Under the pieces are notes generated by a model that searched no databases, was not told where the DNA came from, and worked only from the letters and a program-made list of their open reading frames with translations. The position numbers and the translations under genes are program-made. Positions 47,826-57,630 of a stretch of DNA of 64,000 nucleotides are shown piece by piece; positions within the stretch are counted from its first letter, which is position 1; every line of letters begins with the position of its first letter. Source of the DNA: an uncultured Dehalococcoidia bacterium (GTDB lineage: Bacteria; Chloroflexota; Dehalococcoidia; Lucifugimonadales; GCA-2712585); NCBI GenBank assembly GCA_951812825.1, contig OX638324.1, positions 2,203,141-2,267,140 on the forward strand, read 5' to 3'.

Positions 47826-49031
47826 ATGGCATCACCACAGCGGCGCGGCAGACGAGGCGGCCCCTCGGAGGCCGACGACAGACGGATTAGGCGCGTCCGG
47901 CAGCAGAGCACACTTTCGAAGAATCGACTTGCCCTCGCCTTCCTGAGCATCGGCCTTCTGGTCATCGCCGGCGTGGCGGTCGCCTACTGGTACACCCAGC
48001 TCTACAGACCCCCGCGAGTGGAAGCAGCCGTGGTGAACGACGTTCAGTTCAACCAGGGCGATCTCGTGAAGCGGGTGCGAATGATACAGGCCAGCCAGGG
48101 TTACACCGGCGCCTTCGTGGACCTCACCTCCATCCTCCGTGTGCTCTACAACCCGGACATCGAGATTACCTCCGGGCCCTTTGGCCTCGGCTGGGTGCAA
48201 ATGGAGCTCCTGAAGCAGAGCGCTCCCGAGTTCGGCGTGTCGTTCACGGAGAATGACATTGATGAAACCATTCGCGCCATCTTCACTCCCGATCCAACCC
48301 CGGGCGAGATTGTCACCGAGGACCAGCAGGAGCGGGAGTACAAGGAGCGGTACGCTTCCTACCTCAACTTCAATCGAATCTCCGACGCCGACTTCCGACG
48401 GCTGATTGAAGAGCGGCTCTACTTCTACGAAATGCGCGAAGCCATCGGAGCCGGTGTGCCTACGGAAGCGGAGCACCTGGAGGTCTACTGGCTCCGTACG
48501 CCCGTACGGCCTGACCCGGCGATGGGCGACCCGGCAAAGTATCAGGACCTTCAACTCATTGCCGAACGCCTCGAAGAGGAGGAATTCGAGGCCGTGGCCT
48601 ACGAGTACAGCATGGTCTTCGACCAGAGATACACGGAACCTAATGGCTACGTGGGCTGGATTCCCAGAGGGACCTACCCCAACCTGGAACCCCGCCTATA
48701 CGGGGGCGAAGTGGGGAATCGACAAATTGAACCCCTTGAAATCGGCGAAATCAGCGATCCCTGGGAGAGCAGCGGCTTCATGTACTTCATGAAGGTTGTC
48801 GACGGGCCGGATGTGCGCCAGGTGGAAGCCAAGTGGACCGAGAGGCTGAAGGACATTGCCCTCCAGACTTGGTTGGAGGATAAGTTCGAAGAGGGCACTA
48901 GCGAAGAGTGGGTGAGGGTAAAGTACGACAGCCGCATCTATGCCTGGGCGGCGGAACAACTGCGTCAGACGGCCGAGCAGAAGAGGGGACAGACCCCGGC
49001 GCCCCAACAACCAAATAGCATTGGACCCTAA
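47826..49031 (+). CDS. Membrane-anchored SurA/PpiC-like peptidyl-prolyl isomerase family protein (divergent)
   Basis: N-terminal basic region plus one TM helix, then a SurA_N-like helical region. The C-terminal parvulin-like segment is GYVGWIPRG...EIGEISDPWESSGFMYFMKV. Confidence 0.5.
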   Translation: MASPQRRGRRGGPSEADDRRIRRVRQQSTLSKNRLALAFLSIGLLVIAGVAVAYWYTQLYRPPRVEAAVVNDVQFNQGDLVKRVRMIQASQGYTGAFVDLTSILRVLYNPDIEITSGPFGLGWVQMELLKQSAPEFGVSFTENDIDETIRAIFTPDPTPGEIVTEDQQEREYKERYASYLNFNRISDADFRRLIEERLYFYEMREAIGAGVPTEAEHLEVYWLRTPVRPDPAMGDPAKYQDLQLIAERLEEEEFEAVAYEYSMVFDQRYTEPNGYVGWIPRGTYPNLEPRLYGGEVGNRQIEPLEIGEISDPWESSGFMYFMKVVDGPDVRQVEAKWTERLKDIALQTWLEDKFEEGTSEEWVRVKYDSRIYAWAAEQLRQTAEQKRGQTPAPQQPNSIGP

Positions 49032-50328
49032 CCGGCCCATTGGCGTTGGCCTTCTGGGGCTGGGAGTCGTCGGCAGCGGTGTAGCCCTTGCCCTTCAGCA
49101 ACGGCGGAACGCCCTGTCCAAGGCCGTCGGCGCGCCTGTTCAGCTGGTCAGGGCGCTTGTCAGAGACCCGCATAAGCCGCGACGCCCCAACCTGTCCCAC
49201 AGCGTGCTGACCACGGACCCGACCCAGGTTTTGGAAGTCCCCGGCATAGATATCGTCGTGGAGCTTATTGGCGGCGAACAGCCGGCGGGCGAGTACGTCC
49301 GAAGGGCGCTGGTCCAGGGCAAGCACGTCGTCACGGCCAACAAAGACCTCATTTCGCAGCAGGGCTCGGAGCTGCTGGACCTGGCGGATGAGAAGCGGCT
49401 TGGTCTCCGGTTCGAAGGGGCCGTCGGTGGCGGAATCCCCATTATCGGCTCGCTGACGGAAGACCTGCTGGGCAACGACATCAGCTCCATCCACGCCATC
49501 ATCAACGGCACCACCAACTTCATTCTGTCGAGCATGGCCGACGAGGGGATGGATGCGAAGGAAGCCCTCAGTCGCGCCCAGCAGCTTGGCTACGCCGAGG
49601 CTGACCCTGCGAAGGACGTTTCCGGCCTGGACGCCGCCTACAAGCTCTCCATCCTCGCCTCTCTGGCCTTTCACACGAAGGTGGACCCCGGGCAGGTCTT
49701 CAGGCAGGGCATCGACGGTCTCTCCGCCAGGGACTTCCGATACGCCCGGGAGCTGGGCTATGCCATCAAGCTCCTGGCCATCGCCAAGGCCCAACGGAAC
49801 GGGGTGGAAGTTCGGGTGCATCCGGCGCTGATACCGGAGGGCCATATATTGGCCAAGGTTGGGGGCGTGTTCAACGCTGTCGAGGTGGCGGGCGAGCCGG
49901 TGGGCCGGGCCTTTTTCCACGGGCTTGGCGCCGGGGCCGACCCCACCACCAGCGCCGTTCTGGGCGACCTGGTCCACGTGGGCCGGATGCTCGCCACGGG
50001 CGGCCGTCCCCTGAGGAGAGTCCCCGATGACGCTGACTTCTACGTGAAGGCAATGTCGGACGTGGAGACTCGCTACTATTTTCGGTTGAACGTTCCCGAC
50101 CGGGCCGGGGTGCTGAGCCAGATTACGAGGGTTCTAGGCGACCTGGACATCAGCATTGCGTCCATCATCCAGAAGGACGCAGACGCGGCGGCGGGCACGG
50201 CGGAAATCGTAATAACCACTCATCCGGCCCGGGAAGCGGCGGTGCAGCGTTCTCTGGCTTTGCTTGACGGGCTGGATGTGGTAAAAGTGGTAAACAACAT
50301 GATCCGTTTGGAGGAGCTTCCGGTCTGA
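49021..50328 (+). CDS. hom: Homoserine dehydrogenase (with C-terminal ACT domain)
   Basis: IGVGLLGLGVVGSGV Rossmann start, a catalytic region (GIINGTTNFILS-like IINGTTNFILSSM) and ACT-like RYYFRLNVPDRAGVL. The TTG 49021 start is inferred. Confidence 0.9.
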   Translation: MDPNRPIGVGLLGLGVVGSGVALALQQRRNALSKAVGAPVQLVRALVRDPHKPRRPNLSHSVLTTDPTQVLEVPGIDIVVELIGGEQPAGEYVRRALVQGKHVVTANKDLISQQGSELLDLADEKRLGLRFEGAVGGGIPIIGSLTEDLLGNDISSIHAIINGTTNFILSSMADEGMDAKEALSRAQQLGYAEADPAKDVSGLDAAYKLSILASLAFHTKVDPGQVFRQGIDGLSARDFRYARELGYAIKLLAIAKAQRNGVEVRVHPALIPEGHILAKVGGVFNAVEVAGEPVGRAFFHGLGAGADPTTSAVLGDLVHVGRMLATGGRPLRRVPDDADFYVKAMSDVETRYYFRLNVPDRAGVLSQITRVLGDLDISIASIIQKDADAAAGTAEIVITTHPAREAAVQRSLALLDGLDVVKVVNNMIRLEELPV

Positions 50329-50340
50329 GGGCCGGGCGTT

Positions 50341-51402
50341 ATGGCTTGGGGAGTTCTGGAGAGTTACAGGGAGTTTCTGCCCGTGGGCGAAGATACGCCC
50401 ATGATTACCCTGGGGGAAGGGAACACGCCCCTGGTGCGCTCCTACCGGCTGGCTGAGGAGATCGGTTGCCCGGAACTCTACTTCAAACTGGAAGGATGCA
50501 ACCCCACCGGATCATTCAAGGACCGTGGCATGGTGCTGGCCGTGGCCAAGGCCATGGAGGCAGGCAGCCGGGGAATCATCTGCGCCTCCACGGGAAACAC
50601 CAGCGCCTCTGCCGCTGCGTACGGCGCACGCGTGGGACTGCCCGCCACCGTGCTGGTGCCCCAGGGCGACATCGCCTTCGGCAAGCTGGCCCAGACCCAG
50701 GCCCACGGAGCCCGAATTCTGGCCATCGACGGCAATTTCGACAAGGCCCTATCCCTCGTCAGGACCATCACCGAACGCCAGCCCCTCACCCTCGTCAACT
50801 CCGTCAACCGCGTGCGTCTCGAGGGGCAGAAGACTGCCGCCTTCGAAATTGTCGACCGGCTGCAAGACGCCCCGGACCTCCTCTGCATCCCCGTCGGCAA
50901 CGCGGGAAACATCACCTCCTACTGGAAAGGCTTTAACGAATACAAGGCAGCTGGCAAGTCGCAATCCCTGCCTCGCATGATGGGCTTCCAGGCCCAGGGC
51001 GCGGCGCCGTTGGTGGAAGGCCGCCCCGTGGCCAGCCCCGAAACCGTTGCTTCCGCCATCCGCATCGGCAGCCCCGCCTCCTGGCAGGGCGCCATCAACG
51101 CCCGGGACGAATCCGGCGGCGCCATCGACTCGGTAACGGACGAGGAAATCATGGACGCCTACCGCCTCCTCTCCACCGGCGAGGGCATCTTCTGCGAACC
51201 GGCGTCGGCGGCCAGCGTGGCCGGAATCATCAAGCTGCACCAGCAGGGCATGGACCTGCGAAACCGGCGCGTTGTCTGCGTAATCACCGGCTCCGGCCTC
51301 AAGGACCCTGAGCTCGCCGTTAGCGTCATCAGCACCGGCGTCAAGGAAGTCTCCTCCGACCTGGAGGAGGTGGAGGCCGCCCTGCTGGAGTTCGCCGCCT
51401 AG
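50341..51402 (+). CDS. thrC: Threonine synthase (canonical short form)
   Basis: LGEGNTPLV, NPTGSFKDRGM (PLP lysine), directly after hom. Confidence 0.9.
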   Translation: MAWGVLESYREFLPVGEDTPMITLGEGNTPLVRSYRLAEEIGCPELYFKLEGCNPTGSFKDRGMVLAVAKAMEAGSRGIICASTGNTSASAAAYGARVGLPATVLVPQGDIAFGKLAQTQAHGARILAIDGNFDKALSLVRTITERQPLTLVNSVNRVRLEGQKTAAFEIVDRLQDAPDLLCIPVGNAGNITSYWKGFNEYKAAGKSQSLPRMMGFQAQGAAPLVEGRPVASPETVASAIRIGSPASWQGAINARDESGGAIDSVTDEEIMDAYRLLSTGEGIFCEPASAASVAGIIKLHQQGMDLRNRRVVCVITGSGLKDPELAVSVISTGVKEVSSDLEEVEAALLEFAA

Positions 51403-51405
51403 GCT

Positions 51406-51966
51406 ATGGACTCGGACCCGTTGATACGAGCCAGCGTCGCCAGCATTCTGCGGGCGGTGGGGGATGACCCGGAGCGGGAGGGGCTTCGAGACACGCCGAA
51501 GCGGGTTGCCGCCCTCTACAAAGATATCTTCAGCGGAGTGAGTCTGGACCCCGCAAGCGCCATCGACACTGTATTTGAGGAAGAACACGAGGGTGCGGTC
51601 ATTCTGAGAGACGTAGAATTCTTCTCAATCTGCGAGCATCACCTGCTGCCCTTCTTCGGCACGGTGCAGATGGGGTACGTGCCCAGGGGCAAGGTGGCGG
51701 GCGCCAGCAAGCTGGTCCGCGCCCTGGACGTGGCGTCGAAGCGGCTTCAGATGCAGGAGCGCCTGACTTCTCAACTGGCGGACGCCATCTGCCATGCGTT
51801 GCAGCCCGCTTCCGCAGCCGTACTTATAGAGGCTGAGCATCTCTGCATGGTGATGCGAGGCGTAAAGAGGCCGGGCAGCAGGGTTGTCACCACGGCCCTC
51901 CGCGGACCCTTCGCGGACAGCGTGGCCGACCCCAAAGAATTACTGTCGTTGATGCAGAGGCGCTAG
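51406..51966 (+). CDS. folE: GTP cyclohydrolase I (FolE type I)
   Basis: REGLRDTPKRVA, FFSICEHHLLPFFG, and HLCMVMRGV. Confidence 0.9.
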   Translation: MDSDPLIRASVASILRAVGDDPEREGLRDTPKRVAALYKDIFSGVSLDPASAIDTVFEEEHEGAVILRDVEFFSICEHHLLPFFGTVQMGYVPRGKVAGASKLVRALDVASKRLQMQERLTSQLADAICHALQPASAAVLIEAEHLCMVMRGVKRPGSRVVTTALRGPFADSVADPKELLSLMQRR

Positions 51967-51967
51967 G

Positions 51968-52948
51968 GTGACTGAGGTCCGCCGCATAGGTTCCTTCGAC
52001 GCCGCCGCCGGCGAATGGGAGCGTCTTCTTTCCCAGAGCGTGGCGAATTCCCCCTTCCAGACCCTGGAATGGCAGCGGGTCTGGATGAGCGAGGTTGGGG
52101 ACGGGGCATCCCCGCAGATCCTGAAGTTTGTCGATGGACAGGAGACGCTGGGCATGGCCTCCCTGCGCAGGGACGGCGACACGATGACTTTCGTGGGCGA
52201 CGAGGACCTTTGCGACTACAACGACTTCGTTGTTCTTCCCGGTCGAGAGCGTCCATTCTTCGATGCGCTGTTGGACTATCTGGAACAGTCGGGATGGTCT
52301 GACTTGCATCTTTTTTCCCTGTCCAGAGAATCTCCAACGCTCACGCTCTTGCCGGAGGCGGCGCGTTCCAGGGGCTGCGACGTAGATATCGTCCAGCAGG
52401 AGGTATGTCCGGGCCGCCAACTCCCCGGGGAGTGGGAGGAGTACGTCGCAGGTCTGTCGAAGAAGCACCGCCACGAGCTCCGGCGCAAGCTGCGACGGCT
52501 GGACACAGCGGAGGGGGTGCGGTGGTACTCGCTGAAGGATACCCAGGAAGTGGATGCCGCCATGGGCGACTTCCTGCAACTCCTCGCCATGAGCGGCCAC
52601 GACAAAGCCGAATTTCTGACTCCCCAGAGGGAAAAATTTTTCCGATCGCTGGCATCGTCCCTCAGCCGGGAGGGGTTGCTTAGCCTCTTCTTCATGGAAA
52701 TTCAGGGATCCCGGGTAGCCTCGGCCATGACCTTCGACTATGGCGGCTCTCGCCTGCTCTACAACAGCGGCTTCAACCCGGAATTCGGCTACTACAGCGT
52801 GGGACTGCTGCTCAAGGCCCTCAGCGTCAAGAGCGCCATTGAGGATGGCAAGAGCTACTACGACTTCCTCCGGGGCAACGAGCGGTACAAGTACCACCTG
52901 GGGGGCATAGACAAGCCCATCTTCAACATGGTGGTAACCCGCCCTTGA
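51968..52948 (+). CDS. GNAT-fold acyltransferase of the FemAB/CelD (Acetyltransf_6) type
   Basis: 326 aa. WERLLSQSVANSPFQTLEWQRVW and the C-terminal YDFLRGNERYKYHLGG are typical of CelD/BioF2-like GNATs. Its stop overlaps the start of the GT4 gene. Confidence 0.6.
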   Translation: MTEVRRIGSFDAAAGEWERLLSQSVANSPFQTLEWQRVWMSEVGDGASPQILKFVDGQETLGMASLRRDGDTMTFVGDEDLCDYNDFVVLPGRERPFFDALLDYLEQSGWSDLHLFSLSRESPTLTLLPEAARSRGCDVDIVQQEVCPGRQLPGEWEEYVAGLSKKHRHELRRKLRRLDTAEGVRWYSLKDTQEVDAAMGDFLQLLAMSGHDKAEFLTPQREKFFRSLASSLSREGLLSLFFMEIQGSRVASAMTFDYGGSRLLYNSGFNPEFGYYSVGLLLKALSVKSAIEDGKSYYDFLRGNERYKYHLGGIDKPIFNMVVTRP

Positions 52949-54204
52949 CATCCACCATGGCAACCTCAGGGAGAGAGAAAGAGGGCCTCTCTCATTCGCA
53001 TGATAATCAGTCGCAACCCCGGGTGGCCCTCATCAGCTTCCACAGCTGTCCGGCAATGGCCCCCGGAGCAGGCAAGGTTGGCGGCATGAACGTCTACGTC
53101 CGGGAGTTGGCCAACCGGCTGGGCGCCCTTGGCGTGGGCGTAGACGTCTTCACGCGCAAGCACGCCGGGGCAGACGAGGACGGTCTTCCCGACGACGAAA
53201 ACGTGCGCGTAATTCACCTGGAGGGAGGCCCAACGGACGCTGATTTGAAAGACCTGCTTCCGCACGTTGAGCCTTTTACGCGCAACGTCCTGGAATTTCA
53301 GAATCGTAGTGGGGTGTGCTACGACGTGGTGCATTCTCACTACTGGCTTTCGGCCCTGGCGGGACGCCGCCTGGCCGAAAGCAGCAGAGCGCGCCACGTG
53401 GCCACTTTTCACACCCTGGCGGAAGTGAAGCGTAGAGCCCGCGCCGGTGAAAACGAACCGGACTACAGGAGCCGTGCCGAGGGAGACATCATGCGCTCCG
53501 CCCACTGGATTACCGCCTCTACGCCCCACGAAGTGGACGCAATGGCGGAGCTTTACGGCGTATCAAGAAATCGGTTGAAGGTTGTGCACTGCGGCGTGGA
53601 CACGTCCCTGTTTAGACCTCAGGATGCGGCGAAGTCGAGGCGCAGGTTGGGGCTGAACGGGGAGAAGGTCGCGCTCTACGTCGGGCGCATCGAGCCGCTG
53701 AAGGGCGTGGAGTTTCTGCTCCATATTGCGGCCTGTATGGACGGCGATGTGCCGTTCAAGCTGATGATTGTCGGGGGGGATCCGGCAACGGAGCCGGAGC
53801 CGCGTCGACTGGCTGAAATGGCGGTGAGGTTGGGCCTTGACGACGTTGTAGAGTTCGTTGGCAGGGTGCCTCGTTACACTCTCGCTGATTACTTCTCCGC
53901 TGCCGACGTTTGCGTGGTGCCCTCCTATTACGAGAGCTTCGGCCTGGTGGCGCTGGAGGCGATGGCCTGCGGGTCGCCGGTGGTGGCAACCCGCGTGGGC
54001 GGGTTGCCATGGGTGGTGAAGCATGGACGCAACGGCTACCTGCTTCCCTGGCGCTGTCCGGAGCGGTTCGCCGACACGTTGGAGATGATCTTCTTCAACG
54101 AGGGACTGCGAGATTCCTTGAGTCACGCAGCCCTTAAGACGGCGGATGCCATGAGTTGGGATAGGGCCGCCGGAAAGTTTCTGGAGCTTTACGGCTTAAC
54201 ATAG
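52945..54204 (+). CDS. GT4 glycosyltransferase, MshA-like (D-inositol-3-phosphate glycosyltransferase family)
   Basis: Collinear with remembered MshA motifs. RVALISFHSCPAMAPGAGKVGGMNVYV matches [26 protein letters not shown], and YDVVHSHYWLS matches YDLIHSHYWLS. FHTLAEVK and ESFGLVALEAMACGSPVV are also present. The start may be ATG 52957. Confidence 0.8.
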   Translation: MTSTMATSGREKEGLSHSHDNQSQPRVALISFHSCPAMAPGAGKVGGMNVYVRELANRLGALGVGVDVFTRKHAGADEDGLPDDENVRVIHLEGGPTDADLKDLLPHVEPFTRNVLEFQNRSGVCYDVVHSHYWLSALAGRRLAESSRARHVATFHTLAEVKRRARAGENEPDYRSRAEGDIMRSAHWITASTPHEVDAMAELYGVSRNRLKVVHCGVDTSLFRPQDAAKSRRRLGLNGEKVALYVGRIEPLKGVEFLLHIAACMDGDVPFKLMIVGGDPATEPEPRRLAEMAVRLGLDDVVEFVGRVPRYTLADYFSAADVCVVPSYYESFGLVALEAMACGSPVVATRVGGLPWVVKHGRNGYLLPWRCPERFADTLEMIFFNEGLRDSLSHAALKTADAMSWDRAAGKFLELYGLT

Positions 54205-54206
54205 AA

Positions 54207-54235
54207 TTAACATAAGCCGTTTAAGGCAATATAAT
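54207..54235 (+). promoter_or_regulatory. Candidate promoter of the DUF502 gene
   Basis: TTAACA-N17-TATAAT, 34 nt upstream of ATG 54269 (RBS GGAGGAGG). Confidence 0.45.
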
Positions 54236-54268
54236 GCACGGTATCGCAACCAGGGTCTGGAGGAGGCA

Positions 54269-54946
54269 ATGCCCAGTCCGGCGGGTATATTGAGGTCAAT
54301 TGGAGGCCACTTTCGTGGAAAGATAATCTCCGGCCTCCTCATCCTGCTGCCCCTCGGGGCCACTTACCTGATAGTCAAGTTCGTGTTCGACGTGATTGAT
54401 CCTCCCCTGGTGCAGCTAATTGACGGAATAACCGATAGGCACGTCCCCGGAGTTGGCATAGTCAGCTTCATCGTGGTGCTCTATCTGGTGGGAATCGTGG
54501 GAAGCTATGTAATCGGGCGGCGGCTCATATCTTTTGGACACTCGATGGCAAACTTAATCCCGATTGTGAGGCCCATCTACAGGACCGCCAAGCAGACGGT
54601 GGATGCCCTTGGCCCCAGCAGCATAGAGAAGCACTATAGCAGGGTTGTCCTTCTGGACTTTCCCAGGATAGGAATCAAGTCCATAGGATTTGCCACCTCT
54701 ACATTCAAAGCCCCCAATGGGGACCCTTTGGTGGCTGTGTACATCCCGACAACCCCCATTCCCACCTCCGGGTACCTGGCCCTGGTGCGGGAGGATGAGG
54801 TTACCTCAACCAACCTGACCGTGGATGAGGCTATGAAAATTGTGATTTCCGGCGGGGTGCTGACGCCGGAGGCGATCGAAGGTAAGGAGGAGGAGCCCGA
54901 AAACGGGCAAGCAGGGTTGGAGAACTGCAAGGACCGTGGGGATTAG
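54269..54946 (+). CDS. DUF502 family membrane protein
   Basis: Two N-terminal TM helices, conserved IPIVRPIY and PTTPIPTSGYLALV motifs. Confidence 0.7.
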   Translation: MPSPAGILRSIGGHFRGKIISGLLILLPLGATYLIVKFVFDVIDPPLVQLIDGITDRHVPGVGIVSFIVVLYLVGIVGSYVIGRRLISFGHSMANLIPIVRPIYRTAKQTVDALGPSSIEKHYSRVVLLDFPRIGIKSIGFATSTFKAPNGDPLVAVYIPTTPIPTSGYLALVREDEVTSTNLTVDEAMKIVISGGVLTPEAIEGKEEEPENGQAGLENCKDRGD

Positions 54947-55851
54947 TCAGGACTGGGGTTAGTCTCGTACCAGTAGCTTTCGGAGTCCTTGGTGAAGCCC
55001 AGGGAGAAGTATAGTCTGGTGGCTGGAGTGTTCGCCCCATCGACCTCCAGCTCCACGTGGTCTACCCCCAGTGATGCAAGATACTTCAGTCCCGCCGTAA
55101 GCAGGGGCTTGCCCAGCCGACGCCGTCTATAGTCGGGGTGAATTCCAATCATGAAGATGATTCCCACCCGCTTGGAGGCATCCTCCATAAGGTACGTCCA
55201 ACAGTACCCGCAGACGGTCTCCCCTTGACAGAGAAAAAGAATTCCGTCGTGGCTGGTGACGCTCATCTCGGCGCGATAGACAATCTCCTGGGGGGTGTTT
55301 GGAGCGAACCCCCAGCTCCCTACGAAGGCGGCGTTCTGGATGGCTGTGAGCGCCTCTGCGTCGCCTTCCTGGCCGTAACTGCGAAAGGTGCAGCCTTCCG
55401 GGGGGTCGGCGGGAGGCAGGTCCTGGATTTTCCAGCCCATGGTCCAGTAGGTGCGGACGTGTCGGAATCCGCGACGCATGAGCATCCGGCTCTGGGTAGA
55501 GTCGGGCTTTGTTTGAATTTGGAAGACGCTGGCTCCGAGCCTGCGCGCCCGCCGGATGGCTGTATCCAGCAGCGCCTCTTCCACGGTGGATGCGTCCGCA
55601 TCTGGGTGGGTTTTCAGCATCAGAACGCTGCGGCCTATGGCCGGTTCGGGGAAGATGAGGCCGTACCCCTGCAGGCTTCCTTGGGATTCGTAGAGGAACA
55701 GGTCTTTCTCCGGGTTCAGATTCGGCTGGCCGAGAAACTCGGTGACGAAACGTTGCTTGGGGGCCGGCGTTGCATGAGGGGATTGCAGCAGCCGGTTGTC
55801 CAACTCTGCCAGGGCGGGTACGTCTTCCCACCGGAAATTGCGTATGGTCAA
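54943..55851 (-). CDS. Tandem double-GNAT N-acetyltransferase (MshD-like architecture)
   Basis: 302 aa with two GNAT-like halves. The second half carries the acetyl-CoA motif IGIHPDYRRRRLGKPLL. Confidence 0.6.
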   Translation of the reverse strand: MTIRNFRWEDVPALAELDNRLLQSPHATPAPKQRFVTEFLGQPNLNPEKDLFLYESQGSLQGYGLIFPEPAIGRSVLMLKTHPDADASTVEEALLDTAIRRARRLGASVFQIQTKPDSTQSRMLMRRGFRHVRTYWTMGWKIQDLPPADPPEGCTFRSYGQEGDAEALTAIQNAAFVGSWGFAPNTPQEIVYRAEMSVTSHDGILFLCQGETVCGYCWTYLMEDASKRVGIIFMIGIHPDYRRRRLGKPLLTAGLKYLASLGVDHVELEVDGANTPATRLYFSLGFTKDSESYWYETNPSPD

Positions 55852-56048
55852 AGGATTGTTTTCTCGTCAGGCTGGCGGGGATGTTCCTCCCCGGATTTGC
55901 CGGAAATGCGGGGCCCATTGTCCCCGAATTCGCCGCAGTAAAGGGGGCATTGCTGCCCTTCTCTTGGGCCGAAAATGTCGTCTTGACAGCGAATTGAGAT
56001 TGTAGCAGAGTAGCTTGTCACTAACAACCCAACCTGTGGAGGAGGCCT

Positions 56049-56750
56049 GTGGTGGAGGTTCCTCGAACTGCGATGGTGGTTACTCCCCATCCCGACGACG
56101 CTGAGATTTCCTGCGGCGGCACCGTGACCAACTGGATACGCCAGGGAGCCAGCGTCTACTACGTGCTTTGCAGCGACGGCAGCAAGGGCACGGACGACCC
56201 GGAAATGACGCCGGAGCGACTGGCGAAGATACGATACAGGGAACAGCTTGAGGCGGCGAAGACCCTGGGCGTCAAGGAGGTGGTGGCCCTGGGCTACCCC
56301 GACGGCGAGCTGGAGGACACCCGGGAGTTTCGCGGACATCTGGTGCGGGCGCTGCGTCGTTTTCGGCCCGAGGTGGTTATCTGCCCCGACCCCTATCGCC
56401 GTTCCTTCTACTTCCACCGCGACCACCGGATAGTGGGACAGGTGACCCAGGACGCTGTCTTCCCCTACGCCCGCGACCGGCTGCATTTCCCGGAGCATGA
56501 GGCGGAAGGGCTGGTTCCCCACAAGACGGGCACGTTGATGTTCTGGGGCCCGGAAGAGATAGAGACCTACGTGGACATTACCGAAAGCATGGACCTGAAG
56601 GCGGAGGCCCTGAAATGCCACCGCAGCCAGCTTGGCGGACTCTCGGAAGACGAGAACGTCGGCTGGCTCCGACGCTGGTGCGCCGAGATGGGGAAGAAGG
56701 CGGGCTTCGAATACGCCGAGGGCTACCGCGTGGTCCGGTTCCGCACCTAG
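56049..56750 (+). CDS. PIG-L/LmbE-family N-acetylglucosaminyl deacetylase (MshB/BshB-like)
   Basis: VVTPHPDDAEISCGGT and the HRDH motif of the LmbE zinc site. Confidence 0.85.
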   Translation: MVEVPRTAMVVTPHPDDAEISCGGTVTNWIRQGASVYYVLCSDGSKGTDDPEMTPERLAKIRYREQLEAAKTLGVKEVVALGYPDGELEDTREFRGHLVRALRRFRPEVVICPDPYRRSFYFHRDHRIVGQVTQDAVFPYARDRLHFPEHEAEGLVPHKTGTLMFWGPEEIETYVDITESMDLKAEALKCHRSQLGGLSEDENVGWLRRWCAEMGKKAGFEYAEGYRVVRFRT

Positions 56751-56754
56751 CCCC

Positions 56755-57450
56755 ATGGAAGCCGGGTTGTTGAATAGGGCGGGCAAGGCCGCTCTGGACT
56801 TTTTTCTTCCCATGTACTGCGTTGGCTGCCGGAGAGAAGGCAGCGGAATTTGTCGTCAATGCCTGGCCGGGATGTCTGAATTGCAGGCATATTGCGAGGT
56901 GTGCGCCCAGCCCGGAGAAGCCCGCCGGTGTCGCCGATGCTCAAGGTCGCCCCTGCCCATCAACGGCATCCGGGCGGTGTATCCCTTCGAGGGCGTCATC
57001 CGGTCCGCCGCTCACGCCTTCAAGTATCGAAACTACCGCGCCCTGGCCCCGGAGATCGCAGGCCTTCTGGCCTCTCGCCTGGAGGCCGCGCGTATTCCGG
57101 CCACTCTGCTTGTCCCCGTGCCCATGCACCCTCGCAGGGAGAGGAGCCGCGGATACAATCAAGCCGGGCTCTTAGCCGCCGAACTGGGCAAATTGACCGG
57201 CATTCCCATAGGTGAGGGCGTTCTGGAGCGAGCTGTAGACTCGCCGCCGCAGGTGCAGCGCGCATCGCGGGCCGACCGGATGCGCATAGCCGAGGGGACT
57301 TTCTCAGCAGCCGCAACTGTTGAGGGTGAGTCCGTTCTGGTGATTGACGACGTGGTAACAACGGGCAGCACCATGGCGGCTTGCGCCAAGGCCCTGTGGG
57401 GAGCGTCGGCGGATTCGGTGTGGGGGCTGTCCCTGGCCCGGGAGGCGTAG
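56755..57450 (+). CDS. comFC: ComF-family phosphoribosyltransferase-domain protein (ComFC-like)
   Basis: N-terminal 4-Cys cluster (CVGC...CRQC...CEVC...CRRC) and the PRTase motif VLVIDDVVTTGST. ATG 56755. Confidence 0.8.
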   Translation: MEAGLLNRAGKAALDFFLPMYCVGCRREGSGICRQCLAGMSELQAYCEVCAQPGEARRCRRCSRSPLPINGIRAVYPFEGVIRSAAHAFKYRNYRALAPEIAGLLASRLEAARIPATLLVPVPMHPRRERSRGYNQAGLLAAELGKLTGIPIGEGVLERAVDSPPQVQRASRADRMRIAEGTFSAAATVEGESVLVIDDVVTTGSTMAACAKALWGASADSVWGLSLAREA

Positions 57451-57502
57451 CCTAAAATGCCAACGAATCCCCTATCCCTGCCTTCCACACCCATCTCTGG
57501 TA

Positions 57503-57529
57503 GGGGCGGTTCGCGAACTGCCCGTCCCC
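57503..57529. repeat. TTCGCGAA-centred GC-rich imperfect palindrome (copy 1)
   Basis: GGGGCGGTTCGCGAACTGCCCGTCCCC. About 22/25 identical to 58518-58542. Confidence 0.8.
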
Positions 57530-57563
57530 CGGTGACCACAACGCCCGCCGCCCTGCATCCGTT

Positions 57564-57583
57564 ATTCCCGCGCAGGCGGGAAT
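57564..57583. repeat. Hairpin repeat ATTCCCGC-GCAG-GCGGGAAT
   Basis: Perfect 8-bp stem with a 4-nt loop. Degenerate relatives occur at 10041-10090 and 62146-62168. Confidence 0.8.
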
Positions 57584-57630
57584 CCATCCCCGCTACCCAA
57601 AGCCCGCGTTAGCGTGAACAGCAAAAGCCC

